Under the pieces are notes generated by a model. It was given only the letters and a program-made list of their open reading frames with translations, did no database searches and had not been told where the DNA came from. From the NCBI RefSeq assembly GCF_022760855.1, contig NZ_JAKTNR010000018.1, positions 1-17,904 of the forward strand: 17,904 nt of DNA, given 5' to 3'. The stretch is from Thermus albus (GTDB taxonomy: Bacteria > Deinococcota > Deinococci > Deinococcales > Thermaceae). The first letter of the stretch is position 1; the number at the start of each line of letters is the position of its first letter. Below are positions 1-5,746 of the stretch, one piece after another. Made by a program: the position numbers and the translations under genes.

Positions 1-14
1 CTTACAAGTAAAGC

Positions 15-1394
15 ATGAATCCTCCTAGGGTCCTCGGCTATGGCCTAGATACCCTCGTGGTCAATCTCTACTGGCCGGCGGGCAAGTATCAGCTTCCTGA
101 GGGTTTTGAGGCTACGCTAAATGAGTTAAAGGACCTATATAGGCGGGACCCTAATGGGGCCATCCTCTGGGGTGTGGATGCCTATTTTCCTCTCCCTAAT
201 CCCGTGCCTGATTTGCCTTGGGGTCTAGAAGGGGACCTCTTTGAGGCGGCTATAGTGCAGCCTACGCGTCATTATGCGTGGCAGTTGTCCTTTGGCGGTC
301 TTGTTTTCGTGCGCCTGAGTGCTGTGAAGGATACTACCCGGCGGGCGGAGTTCCCTGCCATGCGGGTAGAGTTCACCGGTACCTACATGCGGTATGCAGA
401 CCGGGACGCGGAAAAGGTAGTGCGGTGGGTGTTGGATGCTGCGGAGAATCTCACGGGCACCCGTCCGCATAGGGTTCAGGTGTCCCGGGCGGATTTGTTC
501 GTGGACGTGGAGGCTAATCCGCTTCAAGTGACGGATATAGACCGGTTTACTAGTCGCTCCAGGGTGCGGGGGGTGTACTCCTTCGGGGTGGACCCCGGCC
601 GCGAGGCCGGGGCCACCCCAGAAGGGGGGCTCATGAGTAACACGCCCCCTGCTACGCGACTACGGGTTGCGGATTCTCTGGCAGAAGGGGTAGAGACTAC
701 CGCGGCTTTTTTGCGAGGCCGGGACTGGTCGGGCTTTACGTTCGGGCGTGGTCCCTTGATGGCTCGCGTTTATTCAAAGACGGTGGAGGCACGTTCTAAG
801 TATGAGACGCGTAACCTCCTCATGATGTATGAGGAACGCCACGGGCCTTTGACTGGCCACGTTATCCGTGTGGAGTTTCAGCTAACTACTGACGTGCTGC
901 GGGAGATGGTAGTGGTGGGTGATGGGTCCGATATTCGTGATTGGGATACGTTCCGGTGGGCTATTCCTGCAATCTGGGCGTACTTGACAGGAGAATGGTT
1001 GGTGCTACGGGATAAAGCGCGGGTGGACGCATATAACCGTTTGCGGGATGTGCCTGTGGACCCTCTATGGCAAGTGGTCCAAGGGGCATTCAATGAAGGG
1101 GGTGATAGGGGAAAAGGGGAACTAGTACGGGATAGGGTGTTCAGGCGTGTGGATCCGGTGGCCCTCGCAAAACAAGCGTTGGGGGCCTTTATGACGGCTC
1201 TCGCGGCTGTGGGGCGCATTGACCGGGTGGACTTGAAGAGTTGGTGGATAGGAGCCTTTAGGGCGTTAGGAAGGGACAAGGAAGAACGGGAGTGGCTAGG
1301 TAGGGAAGGGGCACTTGCCTACGGGCGTGCACGGCTACGGAAGATGGCGGTTTTTGGCGTAATGCCGGAAAAGTGGCGCTTTGAGGGGGTGTAG
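15..1394 (+). CDS. Rolling-circle replication initiation protein (pII/RstA-like, Rep_trans-type)
   Basis: 459-aa ORF, first gene of the phage module. Motifs resemble the Rep_trans family as I recall it: N-terminal GLDTLVVNLYW, MRVEFTGTYMRY, VSRADLFVDVE (RxDxxxD) and ARVYSK (YdK-like catalytic Tyr motif). There is an in-frame TAA at 9-11, so the ORF cannot extend further left. No SD is visible in the 14 nt upstream. Confidence 0.75.
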   Translation: MNPPRVLGYGLDTLVVNLYWPAGKYQLPEGFEATLNELKDLYRRDPNGAILWGVDAYFPLPNPVPDLPWGLEGDLFEAAIVQPTRHYAWQLSFGGLVFVRLSAVKDTTRRAEFPAMRVEFTGTYMRYADRDAEKVVRWVLDAAENLTGTRPHRVQVSRADLFVDVEANPLQVTDIDRFTSRSRVRGVYSFGVDPGREAGATPEGGLMSNTPPATRLRVADSLAEGVETTAAFLRGRDWSGFTFGRGPLMARVYSKTVEARSKYETRNLLMMYEERHGPLTGHVIRVEFQLTTDVLREMVVVGDGSDIRDWDTFRWAIPAIWAYLTGEWLVLRDKARVDAYNRLRDVPVDPLWQVVQGAFNEGGDRGKGELVRDRVFRRVDPVALAKQALGAFMTALAAVGRIDRVDLKSWWIGAFRALGRDKEEREWLGREGALAYGRARLRKMAVFGVMPEKWRFEGV

Positions 1395-1395
1395 G

Positions 1396-1695
1396 ATGCA
1401 GATTCTGGTCTTGGGCGTGAACATTTTCCAGCGGAAGGATGGGACTCACGGGGCTCGGATTGTGGTGGCGTCTACTCCACGCAATCCCAATACGCGCGGA
1501 CTAGTGGCGGCGGAGTTCGAGGTTTTGCCGGAAGTGGCGGACACCATGAAGGTGTTTCCGGGCATTTACAAGCTGGATTTGGAGCTTCCCATTTCTACCG
1601 GGTACGGTCGGCCTAATGAGGTGCGTCCGTTAGTCACCGGAGCAACGTTGGTGGCTCCTGTGGTGCCGGGGAAGAAGGATGTTCCTGCCTCCTGA
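1396..1695 (+). CDS. Putative ssDNA-binding protein (pV-like), assigned by position and size
   Basis: The ATG at 1396 lies 1 nt after the rep stop and is preceded by GAGGGGG. It encodes 99 aa (MQILVLGVNIFQRKDG...). The size and the position directly after rep match inovirus gene V. I recognise no sequence motif. The track start at 1381 is a TTG with no better support. Confidence 0.45.
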   Translation: MQILVLGVNIFQRKDGTHGARIVVASTPRNPNTRGLVAAEFEVLPEVADTMKVFPGIYKLDLELPISTGYGRPNEVRPLVTGATLVAPVVPGKKDVPAS

Positions 1696-1771
1696 GGCAT
1701 GGCAAGCCTTTTTGGTGGTTGCATTTGGGTTAGGTGTGATTGCGGGGCTGCTATCGGGGGGTGACTGGTGA
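1679..1771 (+). CDS. 30-aa hydrophobic microprotein (pVII/pIX-like minor coat candidate)
   Basis: My own translation gives MFLPPEAWQAFLVVAFGLGVIAGLLSGGDW. It has one TM-length hydrophobic core, GGGGAAGAAGG just upstream of the ATG, and overlaps the 3' end of the preceding gene. It is below the ORF-track size cutoff. Confidence 0.4.
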   Translation: MFLPPEAWQAFLVVAFGLGVIAGLLSGGDW

Positions 1772-1875
1772 TGGATGCTTCCCAGTGGTTCACGTGGTTT
1801 CTCGCCATTACCACCATCCCATATGTCCTTCTAGCAGCCTATCGCTACTTGGGAAAACTCTATGGAGGGCTATGA
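1771..1875 (+). CDS. 34-aa hydrophobic microprotein (pVII/pIX-like minor coat candidate)
   Basis: My own translation gives MDASQWFTWFLAITTIPYVLLAAYRYLGKLYGGL. Its start overlaps the previous stop as TGATG (1769-1773), and the SD-like GGGGGGTGA lies 8 nt upstream. It has a single hydrophobic helix. Confidence 0.45.
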   Translation: MDASQWFTWFLAITTIPYVLLAAYRYLGKLYGGL

Positions 1876-1963
1876 TGTTCGGGAGCTGTTCGGGGCCTTT
1901 TGGTGGGGGGTCGCTGCCGGTGTTGTGGCTGCGTTCCTCCGTAACCTTCTTCGTCGGCTCTAG
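1862..1963 (+). CDS. 33-aa coat-like microprotein (acidic N-terminus, hydrophobic core, basic C-terminus)
   Basis: My own translation gives MEGYDVRELFGAFWWGVAAGVVAAFLRNLLRRL. The charge layout is typical of DNA-contacting filamentous coat proteins. The SD is weak (GGGAAAA), and the ORF overlaps the previous one by 14 nt. Confidence 0.35.
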   Translation: MEGYDVRELFGAFWWGVAAGVVAAFLRNLLRRL

Positions 1964-2013
1964 GGACAATCGGGGAATAATCCCCGTGATGGTCCAGAAA
2001 GGGGGTGAGTAGG

Positions 2014-2154
2014 GTGGAGTTCCAGCCGGATCAGATCGCGAGCGCTGTTCAGACCTACGTTACGGCTATCGCTGCTGCGGGTGCCGGGGTGTTGGCTCTA
2101 ACTATCGGCCTTTCCGCGGCCTGGCGGTACGCCAAGAAGTTCCTCAAGGGCTAG
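2014..2154 (+). CDS. Major coat protein (pVIII-like), 46 aa, no signal peptide
   Basis: GTG start preceded by AAAGGGGGTGA. The product is (M)EFQPDQIASAVQTYVTAIAAAGAGVLALTIGLSAAWRYAKKFLKG. It has the same length as, and is near-identical in its C-terminal two thirds to, the 46-residue PH75 coat protein as I remember it (...AIAAAGxGVLALxIGLSAAWxYAKxFLKG). It lies immediately upstream of the pIII-like gene. Confidence 0.85.
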   Translation: MEFQPDQIASAVQTYVTAIAAAGAGVLALTIGLSAAWRYAKKFLKG

Positions 2155-2156
2155 GT

Positions 2157-3851
2157 ATGAGCTTAGGGCGGTTCCTCCTGCTAGGGGTGGTCCTGCTAGG
2201 GGGGACCGCCCTGGCAAATGCTCAGTACAAGGATGCGGTGAAGGGTGCGGTCCAGGGCATGACCCTGGATGAGATTATTCAGTGGAGCAATGGCCAGTTC
2301 CGGCGGCAAGCCACCATTGGGCGCTATGTACGCTGGGGTGGTTCTATCGTGTTGGGTTCGGCCCTGATTGCTGCGGGCTTGGATTATTTTTATAACTACC
2401 TTCGGCGGGAAACCGGAACGCCCTTGGACCAGTGGTATTATTGGGTGCCTTCCGTTGTGGCTGGGATAGGGGGCTACTGGGCTAAAGTGGATATGTCGTG
2501 TTCGGGGAAGTGTAATTATCGGTGTCTATATGGGTACCAGTGGGCTGTTTATGGCTATAGGTTTCCTGGTGGTAAGGTCGGGGGTACGGAGTCTACTGGG
2601 ACGGGATGGTATGATAGTCCTCCGTCGTGTTCGGTAGATATGGCGGAATCGTGGGCGAAGTCTCATTTTAAGCAAATGATTGGTGCCCCTTATTCATCAT
2701 GGGAGTGGCGTACGGCTAGTGAAAGCTATAAGAATGGGGTGCCGGAAAGTGATAGGTCGCGCTTCGTATCCGATTTGAGCTGGTTACGTCATGTGCTGGT
2801 GGAGCCGGGTGCGCAGCCCGATTTGGTGACGTGGCTCCAGCAGCATCCTGACGCGGCCAATGGGGTAAAGCAGGCGGTTACCCAGTACCTAACTGATACC
2901 GAACCGTCTTCTCCTTCCCAGCCCTGGCCGGGGGTGCGCCTTGAGCCGGTGCCGAACCCTAACCAGTGGACCGATAACCCCTTCACGCGTCCGGACATAG
3001 ACACTGACGGTGATGGCTATCCGGATTCCGTGGAGTGGCAAGAGGCTAATCGGCGTGGTGTACCCTGGCCGGACGTTATCAATGACCCGACCGAGCACCC
3101 GGACCCCAATGGTGATCCGGACGGGGATGGATACCCAACGCTGGAAGAGGTGCAGGTAGGTACTGACCCCTATGACCCTGCAAGTAACCCAGGTCCTCGC
3201 CGTCGTCCGTGGATAGATACCGACGGGGACGGCTACCCAGATTGGCAGGAGGTACAAGAAGGCACGGATCCAAAGGATGCCTCTAGTAGGCCGCGGGTGG
3301 CACCTGCCCCTAACCCTAATCAGCCTTGGGTGGATACCGACGGGGACGGCTACCCAGATTGGCAGGAGATTAGCGAGGGGACGGACCCGAATGACCCGGA
3401 AAGCCGGCCTTCTGTTCCCCCGGCTCCGCGTCCTGAGGAGAATCCGGATAAGGTGGAGTGGCCGGGGGCTCCTCCTGCTCCCGGGTTGAAGCCGGTTGAG
3501 TGGCCTACGCGGAGTGAGGAGCGCAAGGCTTTGCCTGAGGTGGATAAGCTCATTCAGCCCTTTGAGGATAAGGTGCTTCAGCGTTGGAGGGATGGGGTAC
3601 GGGAGATAAGGGAGACGGCAGAACGCAAGTTCCCGTTTGGCATCATTGCGGTTATCAGGGGCATGAGCATTAGCCGGGAGGGTGGTAACTGTACGTTCAC
3701 CTTCTCCGTGGGTCCTGCACAGGGGACCGTGGCCCCGTGCAACACTCCCATATTTGCGGTGGCTGAATCCTTCCGGCCAGTCTGGGCGGGTTTGCTCTGG
3801 GTGGCATTTGCTCTTGCTCTCGTGCGGAGGGGGTTGGACATCCAGCGATGA
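2157..3851 (+). CDS. pIII-like minor coat / host-adsorption protein with TSP3-type Ca-binding repeats
   Basis: 564 aa. It has an N-terminal signal peptide (MSLGRFLLLGVVLLGGTALANA|Q) and a Cys-containing N-domain (CSGKCNYRC...PPSCS). Four D-x-D-x-DGDGYP motifs are separated by Pro-rich linkers. A C-terminal hydrophobic anchor (VWAGLLWVAFALALV-RRG) resembles the pIII C-domain. Its position between the major coat and pVI-like genes fits this call. Confidence 0.75.
   Translation: MSLGRFLLLGVVLLGGTALANAQYKDAVKGAVQGMTLDEIIQWSNGQFRRQATIGRYVRWGGSIVLGSALIAAGLDYFYNYLRRETGTPLDQWYYWVPSVVAGIGGYWAKVDMSCSGKCNYRCLYGYQWAVYGYRFPGGKVGGTESTGTGWYDSPPSCSVDMAESWAKSHFKQMIGAPYSSWEWRTASESYKNGVPESDRSRFVSDLSWLRHVLVEPGAQPDLVTWLQQHPDAANGVKQAVTQYLTDTEPSSPSQPWPGVRLEPVPNPNQWTDNPFTRPDIDTDGDGYPDSVEWQEANRRGVPWPDVINDPTEHPDPNGDPDGDGYPTLEEVQVGTDPYDPASNPGPRRRPWIDTDGDGYPDWQEVQEGTDPKDASSRPRVAPAPNPNQPWVDTDGDGYPDWQEISEGTDPNDPESRPSVPPAPRPEENPDKVEWPGAPPAPGLKPVEWPTRSEERKALPEVDKLIQPFEDKVLQRWRDGVREIRETAERKFPFGIIAVIRGMSISREGGNCTFTFSVGPAQGTVAPCNTPIFAVAESFRPVWAGLLWVAFALALVRRGLDIQR
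2994..3368 (+). repeat. Intragenic tandem repeats encoding DxDxDGDGYP(D/T) calcium-binding motifs
   Basis: Motif copies start at 2994, 3101, 3213 and 3330. The last two units include an exact 36-nt duplicate, gataccgacggggacggctacccagattggcaggag, at 3216-3251 and 3333-3368. The period is 117 nt (39 aa). Confidence 0.9.
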
Positions 3852-3916
3852 CGTGGGAAAACCGTCACAACCCCTTCCATTTCTCCCCTTCCGCCCCCTT
3901 AACTGCCTATTGCCTC

Positions 3917-4053
3917 GCCGCGGGGTGCCGTCAAGGGCGTCAGTCCCCGGGCCGCCCTCCATCACGCACGTTTACCGTGTTCAAGGACGGGGTTTGGACA
4001 TGCAGGGGCGGCCCGGGGATGCTCTGCACCCTTGACGGCGGGGTCCCCGCGGC
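3917..4053 (+). other. Long nested inverted repeat (about 137-nt imperfect hairpin) in the 253-nt pIII/pVI intergenic region; candidate ssDNA packaging signal or replication origin
   Basis: In the outer stem, gccgcgggg (3917-3925) pairs with ccccgcggc (4045-4053), and gccgtcaaggg (3927-3937) pairs with cccttgacggc (4029-4039). In the inner stem, tccccgggccgccc (3944-3957) pairs with gggcggcccgggga (4006-4019). This is the only sizeable non-coding stretch inside the phage module. A T-rich run, tttgttttt (4084-4092), follows. Confidence 0.5.
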
Positions 4054-4104
4054 AGGCACCCTGCTCACGGGGGGCGGAAGGGGTTTGTTTTTGGGGGGTG
4101 GCTC

Positions 4105-4542
4105 ATGGCTGGTGTGTCGGCAATAGTAGAAGGCCTTCTGGATCTCCTCCGGTGGCTGGCCCAAACTGCTATAGGCTTCTTCGGCTGGCTCTGGCAGACG
4201 GTCACCGGCTTCGCGCATTGGGTCTGGTCTGTCCTGGACTGGGTTTTCGTCCATGCGTGGAACCTCTTTATTGATGTTTTGGGCTGGGCGCTGGGTTTTG
4301 TTTTTGAGTTCGTCGGTTCGCTGCTGGTGCTGGTGCTCAAGTTTGTTCTGTTACTCGTCAGCCTTCTACCGGACGTTCCAAATGAGTTGCTGCGGGGTGT
4401 TTCGGCCATCGTTCCTGCTGCGGGTATCGCTGACCGTATCCTGCCCATTTCTGATGCGATTACTATCGTGTCGTTGTGGGGGTCGTTTTATGGCGTAATG
4501 GCGATTTGGCGTGTTATTACCTTCATCAGGGGAGGGCGTTGA
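4105..4542 (+). CDS. pVI-like multi-pass membrane minor coat protein, assigned by position and topology
   Basis: 145 aa with several long hydrophobic segments (e.g. AIGFFGWLWQTVTGF, WALGFVFEFVGSLLVLVLKFVLLLVSLL). GGGGGGTGG lies upstream of the ATG. Its stop overlaps the Zot start as TGATG (4540-4544), and the gene sits directly upstream of the pI/Zot gene, as in Ff phage. Confidence 0.55.
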   Translation: MAGVSAIVEGLLDLLRWLAQTAIGFFGWLWQTVTGFAHWVWSVLDWVFVHAWNLFIDVLGWALGFVFEFVGSLLVLVLKFVLLLVSLLPDVPNELLRGVSAIVPAAGIADRILPISDAITIVSLWGSFYGVMAIWRVITFIRGGR

Positions 4543-5474
4543 TGATTGAAGCTTTTGTGGGCATTCCGGGAAGTGGCAAGAGTTACGCCTTGGTGGTTAA
4601 AGGCCTCGAGGCTCTGGCTTCTGGTCGCATGGTCTACGCAAACTTTGGCTTACTCCCCGAACGGGTTTACCTTTGGCTGCGCCTACGTCGTCGCTTGTCT
4701 CATCGTGATGCTGTGGAACGTGCTGACCGAATCCGTGAAATACGGGACTACTCGGACCTGCTAAACGTTCATGATGGCGTGTTGCTCTTTGACGAGGCCC
4801 ACATGTGGCTTCCCTCCCGTGAGTTTAGTTTAATCCCCACGGAGGTTATAGCCTTTTGGAGCCAACACCGGAAGGTCGGTGTGGACGTCTACCTTGCTAC
4901 TCAACGCTATGGCTCCGTGGATGCCATCGTGAGGGAGTTAGTGGCGAATGTGTATTGGGCTCGTCCTGCTCCCTTTTGGCTCCGCCTTCTCCTCCGTCCG
5001 TGGGCTCGTGGTCGTCCAGTGCTCCGGTACACCGCTATTATGGATGAGTCTTTCGGGACTATGCAGAAGGCGGTTAAGGGCCTTTTTGAGGGGGTGCAGC
5101 GCAATAGCGTGGTTATTCTGGACCCGTTAGCGGCGTCCTGCTATGATACGCACGCTATCTTCGAGCCGCCTATTGTGCGCCTTCAAAGGGAGATGGACCC
5201 TAAACGGCGGGCGATTCTCGACCGTATGGGCCTTTCGTGGGATGCCTCGCGTATTCAAGGGCGTCGGGAGTCCGGTGATGGTTTGCCCGTTCTGTCTATG
5301 CGTGAGTTGGCCGAGGCCTATCGTTCTGGTAGGCCTCCCCATGCCGTGCTTAGGGAAAAGTGGTTAACTACTATGCATGACCCTTCTCCTTCTGACCCTC
5401 CTCAGTCTGATGCTGGCCGCGTATTACCTGAGGAAGAGGGCACAGACTGGACCGCGTTCGCATGGCGTGGCTAG
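4542..5474 (+). CDS. Zot / pI-family inovirus assembly (morphogenesis) ATPase
   Basis: The ATG at 4542 is preceded by GGAGGG (4531-4536). The N-terminus MIEAFVGIPGSGKSYALV is a Walker A motif in the typical Zot context, and LLFDEAH is a Walker B-like motif. The product is 310 aa. The track start at 4476 is unlikely because it lies inside the pVI-like gene with no RBS. No TM helix is present in this frame (see findings). Confidence 0.9.
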   Translation: MIEAFVGIPGSGKSYALVVKGLEALASGRMVYANFGLLPERVYLWLRLRRRLSHRDAVERADRIREIRDYSDLLNVHDGVLLFDEAHMWLPSREFSLIPTEVIAFWSQHRKVGVDVYLATQRYGSVDAIVRELVANVYWARPAPFWLRLLLRPWARGRPVLRYTAIMDESFGTMQKAVKGLFEGVQRNSVVILDPLAASCYDTHAIFEPPIVRLQREMDPKRRAILDRMGLSWDASRIQGRRESGDGLPVLSMRELAEAYRSGRPPHAVLREKWLTTMHDPSPSDPPQSDAGRVLPEEEGTDWTAFAWRG

Positions 5475-5604
5475 GTGTCCCAAGTGTGGCATGCCTCACC
5501 GGTTGGCCTTGCAGGTTAAGGAGTATAAGCGTCATTGCCCTTATGTGGCTTATGGTCAATGCCCGTATGACCCTCGCCGTGGGGTGTATCGTATGAGGCG
5601 TTAG
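5377..5604 (+). CDS. 75-aa predicted membrane protein with a Cys/His-rich tail, overlapping the Zot 3' end in the +1 frame
   Basis: MTLLLLTLLSLMLAAYYL-RKR is a TM helix followed by positive residues. It is followed by CPKCG...HCPY...C, a zinc-ribbon-like spacing. This frame opens only at 5368, after a TAA at 5365-5367. No convincing SD is present. Confidence 0.4.
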   Translation: MTLLLLTLLSLMLAAYYLRKRAQTGPRSHGVARCPKCGMPHRLALQVKEYKRHCPYVAYGQCPYDPRRGVYRMRR

Positions 5605-5617
5605 GTTATACTGGCTT

Positions 5618-5746
5618 GGGGCGGGCGTGTTGTCGGGTAGACTTTTGGCCCTTTGTGGTCGTGCCTTAGACTGGCCATTACCCCTAGCGTGGTTAGTGTT
5701 GGCCCATTGTGGTCGTTTGTAAGAGTGCTGAAGGGGTGCCCGCCCC
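5618..5746 (+). ncRNA. Candidate IS110-type bridge (guide) RNA in the recombinase leader
   Basis: A perfect 9-bp GC stem (ggggcgggc at 5618-5626 with gcccgcccc at 5738-5746) encloses two copies of an 18-nt repeat. Each copy can form a GGCC/GGUC hairpin, and each is flanked by 9-10-nt segments. Segment 5662-5671 is the reverse complement of 6728-6737, segment 5691-5699 is identical to 6721-6729, and segment 5717-5723 is the reverse complement of window positions 1-7. A TATACT -10-like hexamer at 5607-5612 would place a TSS near 5618-5620. No ORF is present. Confidence 0.45.
5645..5716 (+). repeat. Two copies of an 18-nt direct repeat, TTGGCCC(T/A)TTGTGGTCGT
   Basis: The copies lie at 5645-5662 and 5699-5716 and are 17/18 identical. 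The single difference falls in the predicted 6-nt hairpin loop (ctttgt versus cattgt). A third partial TGGCCA unit lies at 5672-5677. Confidence 0.9.

Noticed and set aside
1740-2012. A 90-aa ORF from the track that spans the small-gene region
   Set aside because: The sequence is implausible (Cys/His/Gly-rich and non-helical). It is out of frame with three short ORFs that have coat-protein-like hydrophobic cores and translational coupling.
2889-3965. A 358-aa minus-strand ORF, together with many other long ORFs antisense to called genes (for example 878-1279, 4065-4448, 8117-8422, 9217-9720, 11370-11984, 12028-12522, 12639-13151, 13148-13792, 15589-16105, 16544-17119, 17321-17758)
   Set aside because: They are Arg/Pro/Gly-rich with no motifs. 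They lie opposite ORFs that carry clear family signatures. This is the typical stop-codon-poor artefact of high-GC DNA.
3848-4126. A 92-aa ORF starting in an ATGA overlap with the pIII-like stop codon and running through the intergenic hairpin region
   Set aside because: The composition is rich in Gly, Pro, Arg and Cys. There is no hydrophobic or recognisable domain pattern and no SD. The frame is carried largely by GC-rich inverted repeats, and it runs into the pVI-like start. I treat the region as structured non-coding DNA. Conservation in related phages would change this view.
4476-4541. An upstream start for the Zot gene (the track begins at 4476)
   Set aside because: The extension lies wholly within the pVI-like gene. 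The ATG at 4542 has GGAGGG 6 nt upstream, and it places the Walker A motif at the usual distance from the N-terminus.
5604-5612. A GGTTA direct repeat (5605-5609 and 6721-6725) and a GT repeat (5605-5606 and 6728-6729) taken as proof of stand-alone IS boundaries
   Set aside because: A 5-nt or 2-nt repeat is too short to be significant. The guide-like segments g1 and g4 do not match the sequences flanking 5606. I keep it as the alternative boundary model because of the TTGACA-16-TATACT junction promoter and the typical IS110 size.
5645-5716. The 18-nt direct repeats considered as a CRISPR array or as target-site duplications
   Set aside because: There are only two copies, separated by a 36-nt interval, with no cas genes. 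Both copies lie on the same side of the recombinase gene, so they cannot flank an insertion. Rep- or recombinase-binding iterons remain a live alternative to the RNA-hairpin interpretation.
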